IMG/VR virus record: IMGVR_UViG_3300025846_000006
Span: 1 to 40,055 of that record
Origin: a virus
DNA length: 40,055 nucleotides
Strand: one strand, 5' to 3'
In this document: piece after piece, positions 1 to 9,711 of the stretch
How the letters are laid out: each line of letters begins with the position of its first letter
How positions within the stretch are numbered: the stretch's first letter is position 1
The notes under the pieces: generated by a model
What the model saw: only the letters and a program-made list of their open reading frames with translations
Told to the model about the DNA's origin: nothing
Databases searched by the model: none
Program-made: the position numbers and the translations under genes

Positions 1-127
1 GTGCAGGTCAGGAATTCGTCGTTGGTAAGTCCGAAGGTGACGCGGGCAATTCCCCAGAGCTCGGTAGCACTGGGGTCGCTGCGTTTGGGTCCGCACCCTC
101 CGTGTCCTTCCCCGCCTTCATCGCATG
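1..127. repeat. Terminal direct repeat copy 1 (127 bp, identical to 39929..40055); circular-assembly overlap
   Basis: Bases 1..127 (gtgcaggtcaggaattcgtc...ccttcatcgcatg) recur exactly at 39929..40055. The repeat lies inside the tail-chaperone coding sequence, so it is not a physical genome end. Unique length is 39928 bp. Confidence 0.9.
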
Positions 128-595
128 CAAGCCGTAGACCTCGACAATCAGCACCATGAGCGTAGGGAACGCGTCCAGGTCCAGCTGCGTGTTCATGTCC
201 TCGTAGGTCAACTCACCAGGAAGCGGGACGTCTTTTCGGCCTTGCGGACGGTTCGTAATATCTTCCCAGTGAGCCAAGGCGAATACTGCAGCGATCACGT
301 CCGGGATCATGTCCGCAACATCGATCTTATCTTTGGGATCCAATATTGAATCAGGATCGACGACTTCATCAGCTGGCAACTGCTCGACCGGGACACCAAG
401 CGCCTCAGCGTGCGCGTCATTCACCCGTTTGGCGGCCATGCCAGCCGACAATTGGCGCTGCAGCTGCATGATCAGGTCGTCGAGCCGCTTGTGCGTGATT
501 GTTTTGTACCATCCTGGCGCGGCAAGGGTCAGTCTCAAATGACGGGTCTTCCCCAGAAGTTCAACTGGAACACTTTCTACTGTGCTGAAGTCCAT
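8..595 (-). CDS. Tail assembly chaperone (gpG-like), zero-frame product
   Basis: ORF track 8..607. The likely start is ATG 595 (GGGAGG-N4-ATG). Once the circle is closed the gene lies between the major tail protein and tape measure genes. It contains the slippery CCCAAAC 26 codons before its stop. Confidence 0.7.
   Translation of the reverse strand: MDFSTVESVPVELLGKTRHLRLTLAAPGWYKTITHKRLDDLIMQLQRQLSAGMAAKRVNDAHAEALGVPVEQLPADEVVDPDSILDPKDKIDVADMIPDVIAAVFALAHWEDITNRPQGRKDVPLPGELTYEDMNTQLDLDAFPTLMVLIVEVYGLHAMKAGKDTEGADPNAATPVLPSSGELPASPSDLPTTNS
83..89 (-). promoter_or_regulatory. -1 programmed frameshift slippery heptamer C_CCA_AAC (copy in the 5' terminal repeat)
   Basis: The zero frame reads GAC CCA AAC (D-P-N). 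The heptamer has X_XXY_YYZ form. The -1 frame is open from here through the junction to the stop at 39673. Confidence 0.55.
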
Positions 596-610
596 GTTAC
601 CTCCCATGTA

Positions 611-636
611 GGGGGCAAAGCATCAGCCCTGCCCCC
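611..636 (-). other. Intergenic stem-loop between the major tail protein and chaperone genes (7-bp GC stem, 12-nt loop)
   Basis: gggggca(611..617) pairs with tgccccc(630..636). There is no U-tract. It could be an attenuator or stabiliser after a highly expressed gene. Confidence 0.4.
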
Positions 637-673
637 GATGTTGACGCTGGTTGTTATCGCCAGCCTGCTCACG

Positions 674-1390
674 TTACGCTGAAGCTCTGGCGACGTGAAC
701 CAGGTAAGTCTTGGAGACCTTCCCTGTTTCCTGAACCACAATGGTGACGTCCGTAATCGAACCAGCAGCGCCTAGAGCAATTGCGCTCGAATCAACACCG
801 CTAGTAACGATTGCGCCATTGACTGTAATGACTCCTGCCGCGGCTGTCGGCTTGACGACGACCGAAGTTGTCGCTGTCACCTGGTTATTGACAAACACGC
901 CCGGTGTCGCACTGGCCACAGGAACGTTCACCCCAGCCGGTGTGAATACGAAGAATGTGGTGGTGAGTCCGGCGCTGAGCGTCTTGTTCAGGGTCACGGC
1001 ACCGGAGACCTTCATGGTAACATCGAAGCCGACAGCGTCGCCCTTTGTGGTAAATGGCGAGAGGCCGAACTTCAGGACGACCACTGAGAAGCTGAAGCTG
1101 GCGCCCCATGCCGTCGGGAACACGAGAGTGTAGGCATGAACCAAGCCATCTGCCTGATCCGCCAGGAGTAGGGCCTGCCCGGCATCAGCGAGAATAAAGT
1201 TGCCTGTAATCTTGACGTCATCGCTGGACCGCATGCCTCCAATGAACTCTGCCATGCGCCCCAGACTGTCATGGGACGTGACGTCGATCGTCTCACTGTT
1301 GAATGTTGGCGGCGTGATGGATGTGATTTCTGCAATAGGGGTGACGCCCCGAAGCAGACTTACCCCAAATGAAGTTAATGCCTGTGACAT
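674..1390 (-). CDS. Major tail protein with a C-terminal Ig/cadherin-like beta-sandwich domain
   Basis: 238 aa, with AGGAGG-N5-ATG. The N-terminal ~140 aa follow the TP901/phi13-type major tail pattern (ETIDVTSHDS..AEFIGG..DDVKITGNF). The C-terminal ~90 aa (VVVKPTAAAGVITVNGAIV...SKTYLVHVARA) look like a cadherin-like/Ig decoration domain. Confidence 0.75.
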   Translation of the reverse strand: MSQALTSFGVSLLRGVTPIAEITSITPPTFNSETIDVTSHDSLGRMAEFIGGMRSSDDVKITGNFILADAGQALLLADQADGLVHAYTLVFPTAWGASFSFSVVVLKFGLSPFTTKGDAVGFDVTMKVSGAVTLNKTLSAGLTTTFFVFTPAGVNVPVASATPGVFVNNQVTATTSVVVKPTAAAGVITVNGAIVTSGVDSSAIALGAAGSITDVTIVVQETGKVSKTYLVHVARASA

Positions 1391-1399
1391 GTGAGCCTC

Positions 1400-1789
1400 C
1401 TAATAGCTCGAATATTGAATGATGAAATCGGTAATCATTGCATACAGCGTAGTTGCCGGGTCATACATGGGGATCGTGTTCTGCCATATAACCGATTGCA
1501 CGCCACCAGTCGACGGCCAAGTATCCAGTGCAGTCATAACCTGCGTATTAATTGCTTTTGCACCGCCAAAGGACGAAGCATACGATGAAACCTGAACCCT
1601 TGGTTGCCGAAAGCCGGTATCTCCATCGTGTGCATAGCTCGAGGGGTCGTCGATCGTCTGATAGACCACATAGGGGGTCAAGATTCCCTGTGCGATCGTC
1701 ACTGCCGCGATATGCGTCGCCGGAACAAGCGCGGTGAGGGGCGCAAAGGTGGAGAGCCGAGTGAAGATCGCTGCATCAAGATCGGTCAT
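1400..1789 (-). CDS. Tail terminator / tail completion protein (DUF3168-like)
   Basis: 129 aa. It has the pattern FTRL..F.PLTALVP..I....A.Q....PYVVYQ and sits directly upstream of the major tail gene. ATGA overlap with the upstream gene. Confidence 0.6.
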   Translation of the reverse strand: MTDLDAAIFTRLSTFAPLTALVPATHIAAVTIAQGILTPYVVYQTIDDPSSYAHDGDTGFRQPRVQVSSYASSFGGAKAINTQVMTALDTWPSTGGVQSVIWQNTIPMYDPATTLYAMITDFIIQYSSY

Positions 1790-2196
1790 GGCAACTGTAC
1801 CTTTTCCAACTCTTCATTGAGAGCGCCAACGAAGATGTCAATGAGTTTGTCCTTCTCTGCATCGAACGTGTTCCGCATCATGGGGTGAGCGGGCGTCGTG
1901 GGAAAGCCAAACTCCTGAGCCATAGCCACAGCGGTCTTGCTCTTGTTGGGTCCCACGTTGACCACCGTGTTTTCGCCATCCTTATGCGTCGCACCCGCGA
2001 GAAACGAGTTCTTCAGTCTAACGCGTGGGTTGTCGCGCCCTATATACGTGGCCCGTTCGATGCGGACTACGAGATATGCGGCGGCGTCCTGGAGCGCTTG
2101 TGCTATTTTATGCTTCGCAACGCGCTCGCTCAGCGACTTCAATTTCGCGTCGCAATTTTCTAGTCCCTGGATCTGAATCGTAATTTTGTCGCTCAT
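1786..2196 (-). CDS. HK97 gp10-like neck / tail-attachment protein
   Basis: The start was trimmed to ATG 2196 (ATGA overlap with 2193..2513). It has the size and position of the HK97 gp10 family. Confidence 0.6.
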   Translation of the reverse strand: MSDKITIQIQGLENCDAKLKSLSERVAKHKIAQALQDAAAYLVVRIERATYIGRDNPRVRLKNSFLAGATHKDGENTVVNVGPNKSKTAVAMAQEFGFPTTPAHPMMRNTFDAEKDKLIDIFVGALNEELEKVQLP

Positions 2197-2513
2197 GCAT
2201 TCACTTCCGAGCACATAAGCTCAAGCGACGAATGTTCCATTGCGGGATCAATGAGGTAGAGGATGGTGTAGGTATGCGGCCCATAGACCACCTGCATATC
2301 CTCTTCCACCGTCGCAAGGTAGCGGATCGTGACTTTCAGGGTAATCTCGCTCTGCGCCTGCTTGGATGCAAACAGCGCCCGCCCTTCCAGGGGTTCTACG
2401 GCAGCCCACACCGTCGCCAGGGCCGTGAAGCCCACAACAGGTTGCCCGTAAGCGTCCTGTGTCGTGGACGGATACTGTATCGTGACTCTGCGGTTCAGGC
2501 GGCTGCTATCCAT
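2193..2513 (-). CDS. Head-tail adaptor / head closure protein (HK97 gp9, SPP1 gp16-like)
   Basis: 106 aa. LNRRVTIQ...DAYGQPV..F..LATVWAAVEPL.GRA......Q..SEITLKVTIRY is the typical head-tail joining pattern. Confidence 0.75.
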   Translation of the reverse strand: MDSSRLNRRVTIQYPSTTQDAYGQPVVGFTALATVWAAVEPLEGRALFASKQAQSEITLKVTIRYLATVEEDMQVVYGPHTYTILYLIDPAMEHSSLELMCSEVNA

Positions 2514-3293
2514 CTACAGGTACCAGTGATAGAGACTCAGGAGTGCTTCGACGGCGTGCGGGAGAGCCGCGACAATATGTCCGCTGATGATGCTCGCCCG
2601 GTTGTCATACCATTCCTCAATCAACAGAAGCATGGCCTGAGTCAGTGGAGCGGGCACCGCGGCGACCGTGCCATACACGAGTGCAAAGTGCACAGTGAAC
2701 GGCAACTCGGGAGGAGTGGCAAATGCTACCGCGCCCGCTGTGACGGTATAGTCGGCTGGTGGAATGACCTGTGGATCTCCGTTACCGTCCACATAGGTGA
2801 CAGACGACACGGTGAGCGTCTCCGTCGGTGCACCATACCCGGCGGTGAACGTGATCGTGATCGGATAGCCAGCCGTTGCAATCTCTGGCCAGCTGAAGGT
2901 CGATGATGGTTCGATCGTCCCTGGGTCGCCCGGCGTAACAACGTATTCACTCACGGGCAGCGTGTGGGGTGTATTGCTTGCGTCCAGGTACGTGATGGAC
3001 ACGACTGACTGGAGCGGGGGCCTCGGCATGACGACCTTGCTACCCCACGCATTACGTGACATCCTGCTCCACGAACCCCTGAACAGCGTAGTCCAGCTGA
3101 TGTGCTGCCAGGTCCACGTTTGGGTGACAAGCGCCCGCCCCGTGGTCTCTTCAACATACGCGCGGGCTGCCGCGATCAGGGCACCAATGGAAGCGTCCTC
3201 GTCGGCCGTCTCCACTTTTGCCTGGACCTTGCCCTGGACCAGCGTGACCGGTTCGACAGCAGGCGGTACTGAGAGCAACAGGATGTCGTCCAT
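2514..3293 (-). CDS. Head-tail connector (gp6-like N-terminus) with a long C-terminal extension
   Basis: 259 aa. The N-terminus VQGKVQAKVETADEDASIGALIAAARAYVEETTGRALVTQTW matches the gp6-like connector pattern. The remaining ~160 aa are extra. Confidence 0.6.
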   Translation of the reverse strand: MDDILLLSVPPAVEPVTLVQGKVQAKVETADEDASIGALIAAARAYVEETTGRALVTQTWTWQHISWTTLFRGSWSRMSRNAWGSKVVMPRPPLQSVVSITYLDASNTPHTLPVSEYVVTPGDPGTIEPSSTFSWPEIATAGYPITITFTAGYGAPTETLTVSSVTYVDGNGDPQVIPPADYTVTAGAVAFATPPELPFTVHFALVYGTVAAVPAPLTQAMLLLIEEWYDNRASIISGHIVAALPHAVEALLSLYHWYL

Positions 3294-3296
3294 GGA

Positions 3297-3683
3297 TTAT
3301 GCGCCCGCTAGGACAGCTTTCGCGGCAGCCGCGACTGTTGAGTCTTTAACCTGATTCGCAAGATACTCGAGGTACTCGGGATCCTGCTCCTTGATCTGCG
3401 CGAGGGTGAGTGGCTTGTCCTTGTACTCGCCATTGTGGTACTTCCCAAAGCCCGGCACAAGATCACCGGGGTTCTCAGGAGTGGCCACTTCCACTGTCTC
3501 CCTCGTTTCGACAGGAGCAGTAATCGGTTGAGCGGGTGCAAGCATGGCCGTCTCGACAACGCCGCCAATGGGTCTAGCATAACCGCCGGCGATATAACGA
3601 CGCGCCTCTTCATCGGGGCATTCGCAATCGCCCTGGTAAATGCCCGCCGGTCCCGCAGCTAAGGTGAACATATGTATCTTCAT
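3297..3683 (-). CDS. Hypothetical protein between the capsid and connector genes
   Basis: 128 aa, with GGAGG upstream of the ATG. The C-terminus FGKYHNGEYKDKPLTLAQIKEQDPEYLEYL resembles the DUF3820/ExoX-C-like FGK(Y/H)KG..L..I...DP.YL.WL motif. Confidence 0.5.
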   Translation of the reverse strand: MKIHMFTLAAGPAGIYQGDCECPDEEARRYIAGGYARPIGGVVETAMLAPAQPITAPVETRETVEVATPENPGDLVPGFGKYHNGEYKDKPLTLAQIKEQDPEYLEYLANQVKDSTVAAAAKAVLAGA

Positions 3684-3699
3684 AAGTGGTCCTCCATAG

Positions 3700-3722
3700 G
3701 GGGCGAGTGATTAGCTCGCCCC
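3700..3722 (-). terminator. Stem-loop immediately downstream of the major capsid gene (8-bp GC stem, 7-nt loop, no clear U-tract)
   Basis: ggggcgag(3700..3707) pairs with ctcgcccc(3715..3722). It lies 13 nt after the capsid stop codon. Confidence 0.4.
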
Positions 3723-3735
3723 TCATCACTATTGA

Positions 3736-5037
3736 CTAGCCAGTAGCAGCGAGTTTGAGTCTGACGAAGGCCTGTGCGTCGATAGGACCACCGTCAGTGA
3801 ACTTGCGACCAATAAAGCCAACCTTGGAGTTGCGCGCAAGGAGTTCGTTCAGACGCTGGATGGTCACGTCCATCAGATCAGCGATGAAATAACCCTTGTT
3901 CCAGTTAACCAAGGCGCCAAAGTACAAACCCGCGGTGAACGTGTTCGGAGAATACTCGCTCTCGTCTACAGGGAAGCCGTCGATTGTGTCAGCGACACCA
4001 GCGATGAGTGAAGGCTGCCACATGTAGCTGCCGTTGACCGCATCTTTGAACAAATAGATTTTCGACAGAGCATCAGTACAGAGAAGCCAGCGAGCGCCCG
4101 AACGATAGGCAGGACGCAGCATGAATCGAGCTGCACGCAGGATGTCGGACGTGAATGCCGTTGTGGTCGTAGCAGTAGTACAGTCACGACTAGTCGGGAT
4201 AGCGCCCGTTCCAGAGGTGGCGAAGATACCGAGAGGCTTGCCTGAGCCGTCGCCGGTCAGATATGCCTTCTCTTCAGCGGCGGCGAACTTTGCCGCCATA
4301 CGGTCCCTGACGATGCTCTCAGGAGAGAGAGCAGCCGTCCGCAGGAGCTTCATGCTGACGTCGATCTCCTTCGTCAGCTGCTGCGGCTTGAAATCGCGCT
4401 CAGTGAGCACGGCGCTCTCATCGGGTACGATCGTCCCGACTTCGGGCGTCCAGTCGGCATCCGCGAAATCCGTAGTCAATGCCGGGAAGCCGATGGAATC
4501 CGAGGTTGTGACCGGGACCACCTGGGCATAGCGACGGACAAACACCTCAGCATCCACAGACTGGAGGAGCTTGGCAACCCACTGGACAGGAGCATGCAGG
4601 TATCCGCCGTCGGCATCCACATCGTTGGCAAAGGCCGCGGCAGTACGCTGCTCACCCATGAGATACTTCCTGAAGAACTTACCGAATTCTTTAGTTGATC
4701 TGCGCTGGAACTGAGGGTCTGCCTCTTCGCCAGTCAGTTTGATACCACGGTACTCTGCCGTCACGCCGGGAACAGCGTCACGCTTGCTCGGGTCATCCTT
4801 GCCCCCGGCGATCGTGTCACGAGCCTCGTTTAGACCAGCCTCTTCCGCCTGCAACCCCAGTTCGCGGTCGATCTGATCCTTGAGCTTCCGGGCATCGGTG
4901 AGCATGGCATCATACTGGCCCTTTTCCTCACCGGACATGTCCCTCTTTTCTTTGAGGGGAAGATCGTTTAGCGTACGCGCCTGACCAACAAGGCCAGCTC
5001 GCTTCTGCGCCAATGCATTGAGTTCTGTAACAGTCAT
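3736..5037 (-). CDS. Major capsid protein, HK97 family (with N-terminal delta/scaffold-like coiled coil)
   Basis: 433 aa. It has a charged coiled-coil N-terminus followed by an HK97-fold-type body, and lies directly downstream of the S78 prohead protease. Confidence 0.9.
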   Translation of the reverse strand: MTVTELNALAQKRAGLVGQARTLNDLPLKEKRDMSGEEKGQYDAMLTDARKLKDQIDRELGLQAEEAGLNEARDTIAGGKDDPSKRDAVPGVTAEYRGIKLTGEEADPQFQRRSTKEFGKFFRKYLMGEQRTAAAFANDVDADGGYLHAPVQWVAKLLQSVDAEVFVRRYAQVVPVTTSDSIGFPALTTDFADADWTPEVGTIVPDESAVLTERDFKPQQLTKEIDVSMKLLRTAALSPESIVRDRMAAKFAAAEEKAYLTGDGSGKPLGIFATSGTGAIPTSRDCTTATTTTAFTSDILRAARFMLRPAYRSGARWLLCTDALSKIYLFKDAVNGSYMWQPSLIAGVADTIDGFPVDESEYSPNTFTAGLYFGALVNWNKGYFIADLMDVTIQRLNELLARNSKVGFIGRKFTDGGPIDAQAFVRLKLAATG

Positions 5038-5057
5038 ATCATTGTCCTTTCGAAGGC

Positions 5058-5717
5058 TTATCCCTCGAGATCCAACCGTTCAAGCTCTTTCCGGCGAGCT
5101 TCAGAAGCCGTGGCATAGTCAGGTTCAGTGGTGCTATCGGTTGCCGAGTGATCCTCCTGGATCGGCTCGATAATCTTCTCAGTGGGTTTGATGCTCGAAC
5201 GGTGTTCAGCCAAGATGGATTCAGCTGATCTGCCACCAATGCCGACATCGGTCGTTGGATAAGCAGGAAACGTCACCGGACTTACATCGAATAATTTGAC
5301 TTCTTTGAGGGTGCGAATCGGATTATTAGGATCCGACTCATCCCACTCTTCCTGTATGGTCTGGAAGGCGAAACTCATCTGGTCCAGATCTTTTCGCTTA
5401 ACCGACACCATCAGATCGCGGCCCAACGTCGTGTCTGGCATATCGATTTCCGTGGCAAGTCCCGTGTCGTCTTCATGCAGCCTCAATGTTCCTGATTTAG
5501 TACGTCCTAGCAGATGATTGGCGTCGTGGTTGAACAGCGCCCGTACGTCGGCATTATCAGCAAGGGTCTTCTTGAATGCGCCCGGGGCAACCTTTTCGCT
5601 GAAGAAGCCCAGGTCAACAACCGTGTTAAAAACTGCAGCATGGCCGACAAGAACATGACCATCGTCGACAGCGCGAACCTCATCCAAACTAAACGTGCGA
5701 TATTCTCTGTCAGGCAT
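5058..5717 (-). CDS. Prohead maturation protease, HK97 gp4 / S78 family
   Basis: The start was trimmed to ATG 5717 (GGAGG-N6-ATG, overlapping the portal stop). The sequence GHAAVFN...GFFSEKVAPGAFKKTL....DVRALFNHD.NHLLGRT is the S78 signature. Confidence 0.9.
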   Translation of the reverse strand: MPDREYRTFSLDEVRAVDDGHVLVGHAAVFNTVVDLGFFSEKVAPGAFKKTLADNADVRALFNHDANHLLGRTKSGTLRLHEDDTGLATEIDMPDTTLGRDLMVSVKRKDLDQMSFAFQTIQEEWDESDPNNPIRTLKEVKLFDVSPVTFPAYPTTDVGIGGRSAESILAEHRSSIKPTEKIIEPIQEDHSATDSTTEPDYATASEARRKELERLDLEG

Positions 5718-7407
5718 GATGAACCTCCATGATTTGAGCCTCAATTCCCGTCATAACGTCGTTCGCAAGAGCTAAAGATGACCGATCTGCATAGAAACTC
5801 TCGACGGCAAATATCAAGTCCTGCTTCTCGGACTCTGCCCGTACGACACGAATCATCAATGCTGCCCCTTCAGACAGGCTGTAACGCCTTGCCTGGGCTG
5901 CTGAAAACAGCTCAATCGTGGCATCGTCTACACCATTTCCATTACCGAGTGCTCGGACTGTTGACGCAATGGGTGCTGAAAGTCGCTGTTTAACGAAGGT
6001 TTCAAGTGATGTAACCATATAATCGGCCAACCACGAGGAAAAGCCCTGAACGTCGCCTACTGCAAGGCGTTTCCGCGCTTCCTTCAGGACGTCCTCGCTC
6101 TCGCGCTTGGCGATGTGATCAAACGCATCCGAAAGGATGGGTTCGACGACAGAACGCCCAACCACAAAAGTGGGTGCCGGAACATCGGGCTTAGCGGGTG
6201 CCGGGGCGGGTAATGCACCAGCTTCGACCATATTCAACGGTTGCAGATAGACTTTCCCTTTGTCATCGGGCAAGGGGTTCATGTTTTCCAGGCTTCTGAT
6301 GTCATCTGCCGACATCCAGCCCCAGTTACGGGCAACAGCATAGGCGGCATACCGGCTCGCCATGTCGCCTCGCATAAAACCGTCCATCTTGAATTCGGCG
6401 AAATACTTATAGGTGGGAAAGAGCATGCGATTGAAGCCCTGCTCCAGCCGGACAGCCCATGGCATGAGAGCATCGGTCACAAACTCCATCCCCAGGTGCT
6501 CGACGTTCGAGAACGTAGCGTGCGTCAGGTCGTTGATCTTGTGCGCCGGCACGCGGAACCATCCGGCAATCTCAGACCGCTCATACTCTCTGGTTGCCAG
6601 CAGCTGCGCATCCTCGGCATTGAGGGCGATCGACTTGTATTCGAGCCCGCCATCAAGAATGGCGATCTTGTGCTGGTTATGGCCGCTGTGTGCGCCGACC
6701 CATGCCTTGGCGAAGTCGATCTTCTTTTTCTCGTCCGTCATCGGCGCGGCAGACTGCAAATACCCGCCCGGCGTGCTGTCGTTGCCGAAGAAGCGAGCAG
6801 CATAGTCCTGAGCGGCTTGGGAAAGTCCCAGCGATTCGCGTTGGATGGCGATCGGGGAATGTCCGATTAGACCGTCGAAGGACAGGCCGGGGATATGCAG
6901 GACCTGAGTGGGGTCGAGATGGCGCACGCCGGTATACGGAGAAGAAAAGGTGTAGACCAAGCTGCCAGTCGCGAAATCGCGCTGCACGGTCATCCAGTCG
7001 GGGCGAAGCGGCCACAAGGCACATGGTAGTCCGGCGTAGTTAAACTGGATCTCGGAGTAGGAGTTTCCCCACAGTAGCAAATGCTCCATCATGGTTTCAC
7101 GGTAGATGAACGATGTCATCTCGCGATTGGGCTCATCATGCAACACGTGATAGAGCGGATGGGTTGTCGCCACTGTTTTGCCGTTCTCATCGCGAATATA
7201 GACCATGAGCGGCATGCAAGCCATGGACTCTGCCAGGACACGCACGCAGGCATAGACGGTCGGGAGGTTTATGGCTGAATGCTCCGTGACGGGGACGCCT
7301 GATTCTGTCCCGCCTTGTGAGGACAACCAGTTGGCAAGGTTCTCACCAAATGCCGCTTCTGAGCGCTTGCCACCAAATACCCGCTGCATCGCTGTTTTGA
7401 TTGTCAC
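5710..7407 (-). CDS. Portal protein, HK97 family, with a C-terminal extension
   Basis: 565 aa, GTG start with AGGAGG-N4. The gene order TerL-portal-protease-capsid supports the call. The portal core pattern is YACVRVLAESMA..PL.VY. Confidence 0.9.
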   Translation of the reverse strand: MTIKTAMQRVFGGKRSEAAFGENLANWLSSQGGTESGVPVTEHSAINLPTVYACVRVLAESMACMPLMVYIRDENGKTVATTHPLYHVLHDEPNREMTSFIYRETMMEHLLLWGNSYSEIQFNYAGLPCALWPLRPDWMTVQRDFATGSLVYTFSSPYTGVRHLDPTQVLHIPGLSFDGLIGHSPIAIQRESLGLSQAAQDYAARFFGNDSTPGGYLQSAAPMTDEKKKIDFAKAWVGAHSGHNQHKIAILDGGLEYKSIALNAEDAQLLATREYERSEIAGWFRVPAHKINDLTHATFSNVEHLGMEFVTDALMPWAVRLEQGFNRMLFPTYKYFAEFKMDGFMRGDMASRYAAYAVARNWGWMSADDIRSLENMNPLPDDKGKVYLQPLNMVEAGALPAPAPAKPDVPAPTFVVGRSVVEPILSDAFDHIAKRESEDVLKEARKRLAVGDVQGFSSWLADYMVTSLETFVKQRLSAPIASTVRALGNGNGVDDATIELFSAAQARRYSLSEGAALMIRVVRAESEKQDLIFAVESFYADRSSLALANDVMTGIEAQIMEVHHA

Positions 7408-7415
7408 GATTCCTC

Positions 7416-8996
7416 CTATCCCGAGTACACGAATATCCCGGGGTTGGCCGGCGGGGCTTCCGGCGTCATGATGAACCGGAACAGTGCGTCGATTGCGGCA
7501 GCGATGCCGTCAATGCGCTTGGTCACCTTGACCTTCGTGGGTTTTATATTGCCAGCAGGATCACGGACAACCGAAACATTGTCCGCCATCCATCGAAGTA
7601 CTGGGTTACCGCCATGTGCCAATTGCTCTGACAGCATCAGGCGCTCGAATTCCTTCGATGCTGGGGATAGGCTCTTATACCCTTGCTGGACAGTGACAAC
7701 GTCCCATCCGTCAGCCATGAGCGACGTGGCGAACTGTGTAGCATTCCAGGGATCTGTCGCCGCGCCCGCGATACCGGAACAAAGAGCCTTCCGCGCATTG
7801 GCGTATGCCCTGATGAACTCGTAGTCAACGACATTCCCTGGCGTGGTGCGGATAAATCCCTGCTGCACCCATGCCTCGTAGTTCACGTGATCGCGCTCGC
7901 TGCGCCCTTTGATGTTGTCGCCAGGGATGAAGAACATCGGCACGATGTCCCAGCGCCCACCAACAACCTTCGGCTGCCAGACTTCGACGGCCGCGGCAAT
8001 ATCCGTGGTCGACGCCAGATCGAACCCGATATATCCTCGGCGCCCCTCGAGCGAGGCAATTGGAACCTTGCACTTGTCCCAGTACCCGAGGTCGAGCCAG
8101 CGCACGGCCTGGTGCACCCACATGTTGAGCCGCAGCTGCTTGAAAGCGTTCTGTTCCCCAGGGTTGTTCTCGGCCTTATGCGCCGCATCCGCAATCTCTT
8201 CCGGCTTGATGATGACGCCATAGGAGGGATTGGCAGCCTTCCAGGTCGTCTCAGCCGTCCAGTCGTCGCCTTCGTCCGCCTGCTGGATGAACACAAAGTA
8301 CGAGGGATCATCCACGTGTCCGCGGGCGATGTTGAGCGCATACTCATACTGCTCGCCGCAGATCGTCGTGTCGTCGTCGCCCGCTGTGGTGATCGCCACA
8401 ACCATTGGCTGCTCTCGCGCCATGGTCGAGGTCGTGAGAACGTCCCAGAGCATGCGGGACTTCTGCGCGTGGAGTTCGTCGAACACGATACATGAGGCAT
8501 TGAGACCATGCTTGGAACCGACCTCGCGGGAGAGAACACGGTAACGCCCGTTGTTGCCTGAACACCTGAGCTGAGCAGCGTAATGAGTGACGCGCTCCGT
8601 AAGGGCAGGCGACGTCATAGCCATATCCTTGGCGACCTCAAACACGATCGCGGCCTGGTACTCATCCGCTGCGGCCGAGTACACCTCGGGTGAAGACTCG
8701 CCGTCTGCCAAGAGATGATACAATGCTATACCCGCACAAATCTCCGACTTACCATTCTTCCGGGGCACAGAGATGTACGCCCGCCGGTAGAGTCTCAGCC
8801 CATCTGTCATACGTTTCCATCCATAGAGGTTACGAAGGACATACCGCTGCCACTCCATGTCCACTTTGAACGGCTCACCAGCCCACTTACCCTTCGTGTG
8901 AACCAGGTACTTCTCGAAGAACTCAACGGCGTAGGAGGCTGCAGCTTCGTCGAAGTAGGCGGTATCAGAGGAAGGAATTGGGTTAATAAACCTCAT
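7416..8996 (-). CDS. terL: Terminase large subunit (Terminase_1 type)
   Basis: 526 aa. Walker A-like VPRKNGKSE is present, with a nuclease half downstream. ATGA overlap with terS. Confidence 0.92.
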   Translation of the reverse strand: MRFINPIPSSDTAYFDEAAASYAVEFFEKYLVHTKGKWAGEPFKVDMEWQRYVLRNLYGWKRMTDGLRLYRRAYISVPRKNGKSEICAGIALYHLLADGESSPEVYSAAADEYQAAIVFEVAKDMAMTSPALTERVTHYAAQLRCSGNNGRYRVLSREVGSKHGLNASCIVFDELHAQKSRMLWDVLTTSTMAREQPMVVAITTAGDDDTTICGEQYEYALNIARGHVDDPSYFVFIQQADEGDDWTAETTWKAANPSYGVIIKPEEIADAAHKAENNPGEQNAFKQLRLNMWVHQAVRWLDLGYWDKCKVPIASLEGRRGYIGFDLASTTDIAAAVEVWQPKVVGGRWDIVPMFFIPGDNIKGRSERDHVNYEAWVQQGFIRTTPGNVVDYEFIRAYANARKALCSGIAGAATDPWNATQFATSLMADGWDVVTVQQGYKSLSPASKEFERLMLSEQLAHGGNPVLRWMADNVSVVRDPAGNIKPTKVKVTKRIDGIAAAIDALFRFIMTPEAPPANPGIFVYSG

Positions 8997-9526
8997 TTCT
9001 TCTTCCTCTCAGGCGGCTTTGACGTCGGCGGCCTGAATGGATCAGCGGATGCCTGGTTGTTGGAAACGCCAAAGTTGGGTTTTGTAGATTCCGGGACTTT
9101 GATACCGGTTCTGGCCGACGGCGTGAAGCCCATCTCGCGTGCTGACTTCATCATCGCATCGTGATAGGTCTTCGAGATATTGACCCAGGGAGAGACCTGT
9201 TCAGCGCAATACCCATGCTGGCCGGTAATGATCACGGTCGGACCTTCTCCATTCGGTGGCATTTCAAGATGCTTCTCGGCTTGACGCCAGCGAGCGTACC
9301 CTTGGCAGTACGAAGACAGGACTGCTCTGTCGACGGACGTCAGAAGGCCGGGAACCTTCGAGAGGATCGTGATGACTCTGCGCCATTCTGTTTTTGCCTC
9401 GCCCGTCAGCCAATTGGGGCAACTGATGACTGCGGTCTCGAACTTCGGCTCGTTCAGGTTCTTGATGCGCCCACTACCGAGCTTTTTCAGGGAAGAAGGC
9501 ATGGCTTTCGGGCCTCTTCTACCCAT
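8993..9526 (-). CDS. terS: Terminase small subunit, P27 family
   Basis: The start was trimmed to ATG 9526 (AGGGG-N8-ATG). The N-terminus MGRRGPKAMPSSLKKLGSGRIKNLNEPKFE and the segment W..V...L......T..D...L..YC are typical of the P27 family. Confidence 0.85.
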   Translation of the reverse strand: MGRRGPKAMPSSLKKLGSGRIKNLNEPKFETAVISCPNWLTGEAKTEWRRVITILSKVPGLLTSVDRAVLSSYCQGYARWRQAEKHLEMPPNGEGPTVIITGQHGYCAEQVSPWVNISKTYHDAMMKSAREMGFTPSARTGIKVPESTKPNFGVSNNQASADPFRPPTSKPPERKKK

Positions 9527-9711
9527 TTCGATGGCCCCTATGGCTGAAAACTCGGACATTCGTGGTTTGCTTGCCCACCACCGGCTCTGAGGCGTTCACG
9601 TTGTAGAGATTTGACCCGCCCCTCCCACCATGCATGACCACTACGTTTACAGTCACGCGGTCGCGCCCTGGAACGCAGTCATAGAGAGCAGAACTCGATG
9701 TCAAAGAAGGG

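Noticed and set aside
1-127. The terminal 127-bp direct repeat as a genuine phage terminal redundancy (DTR).
   Set aside because: It interrupts the tail chaperone gene. The packaging genes are the HNH/P27/cos type. A length of 127 is typical of an assembler k-mer overlap on a circular contig.
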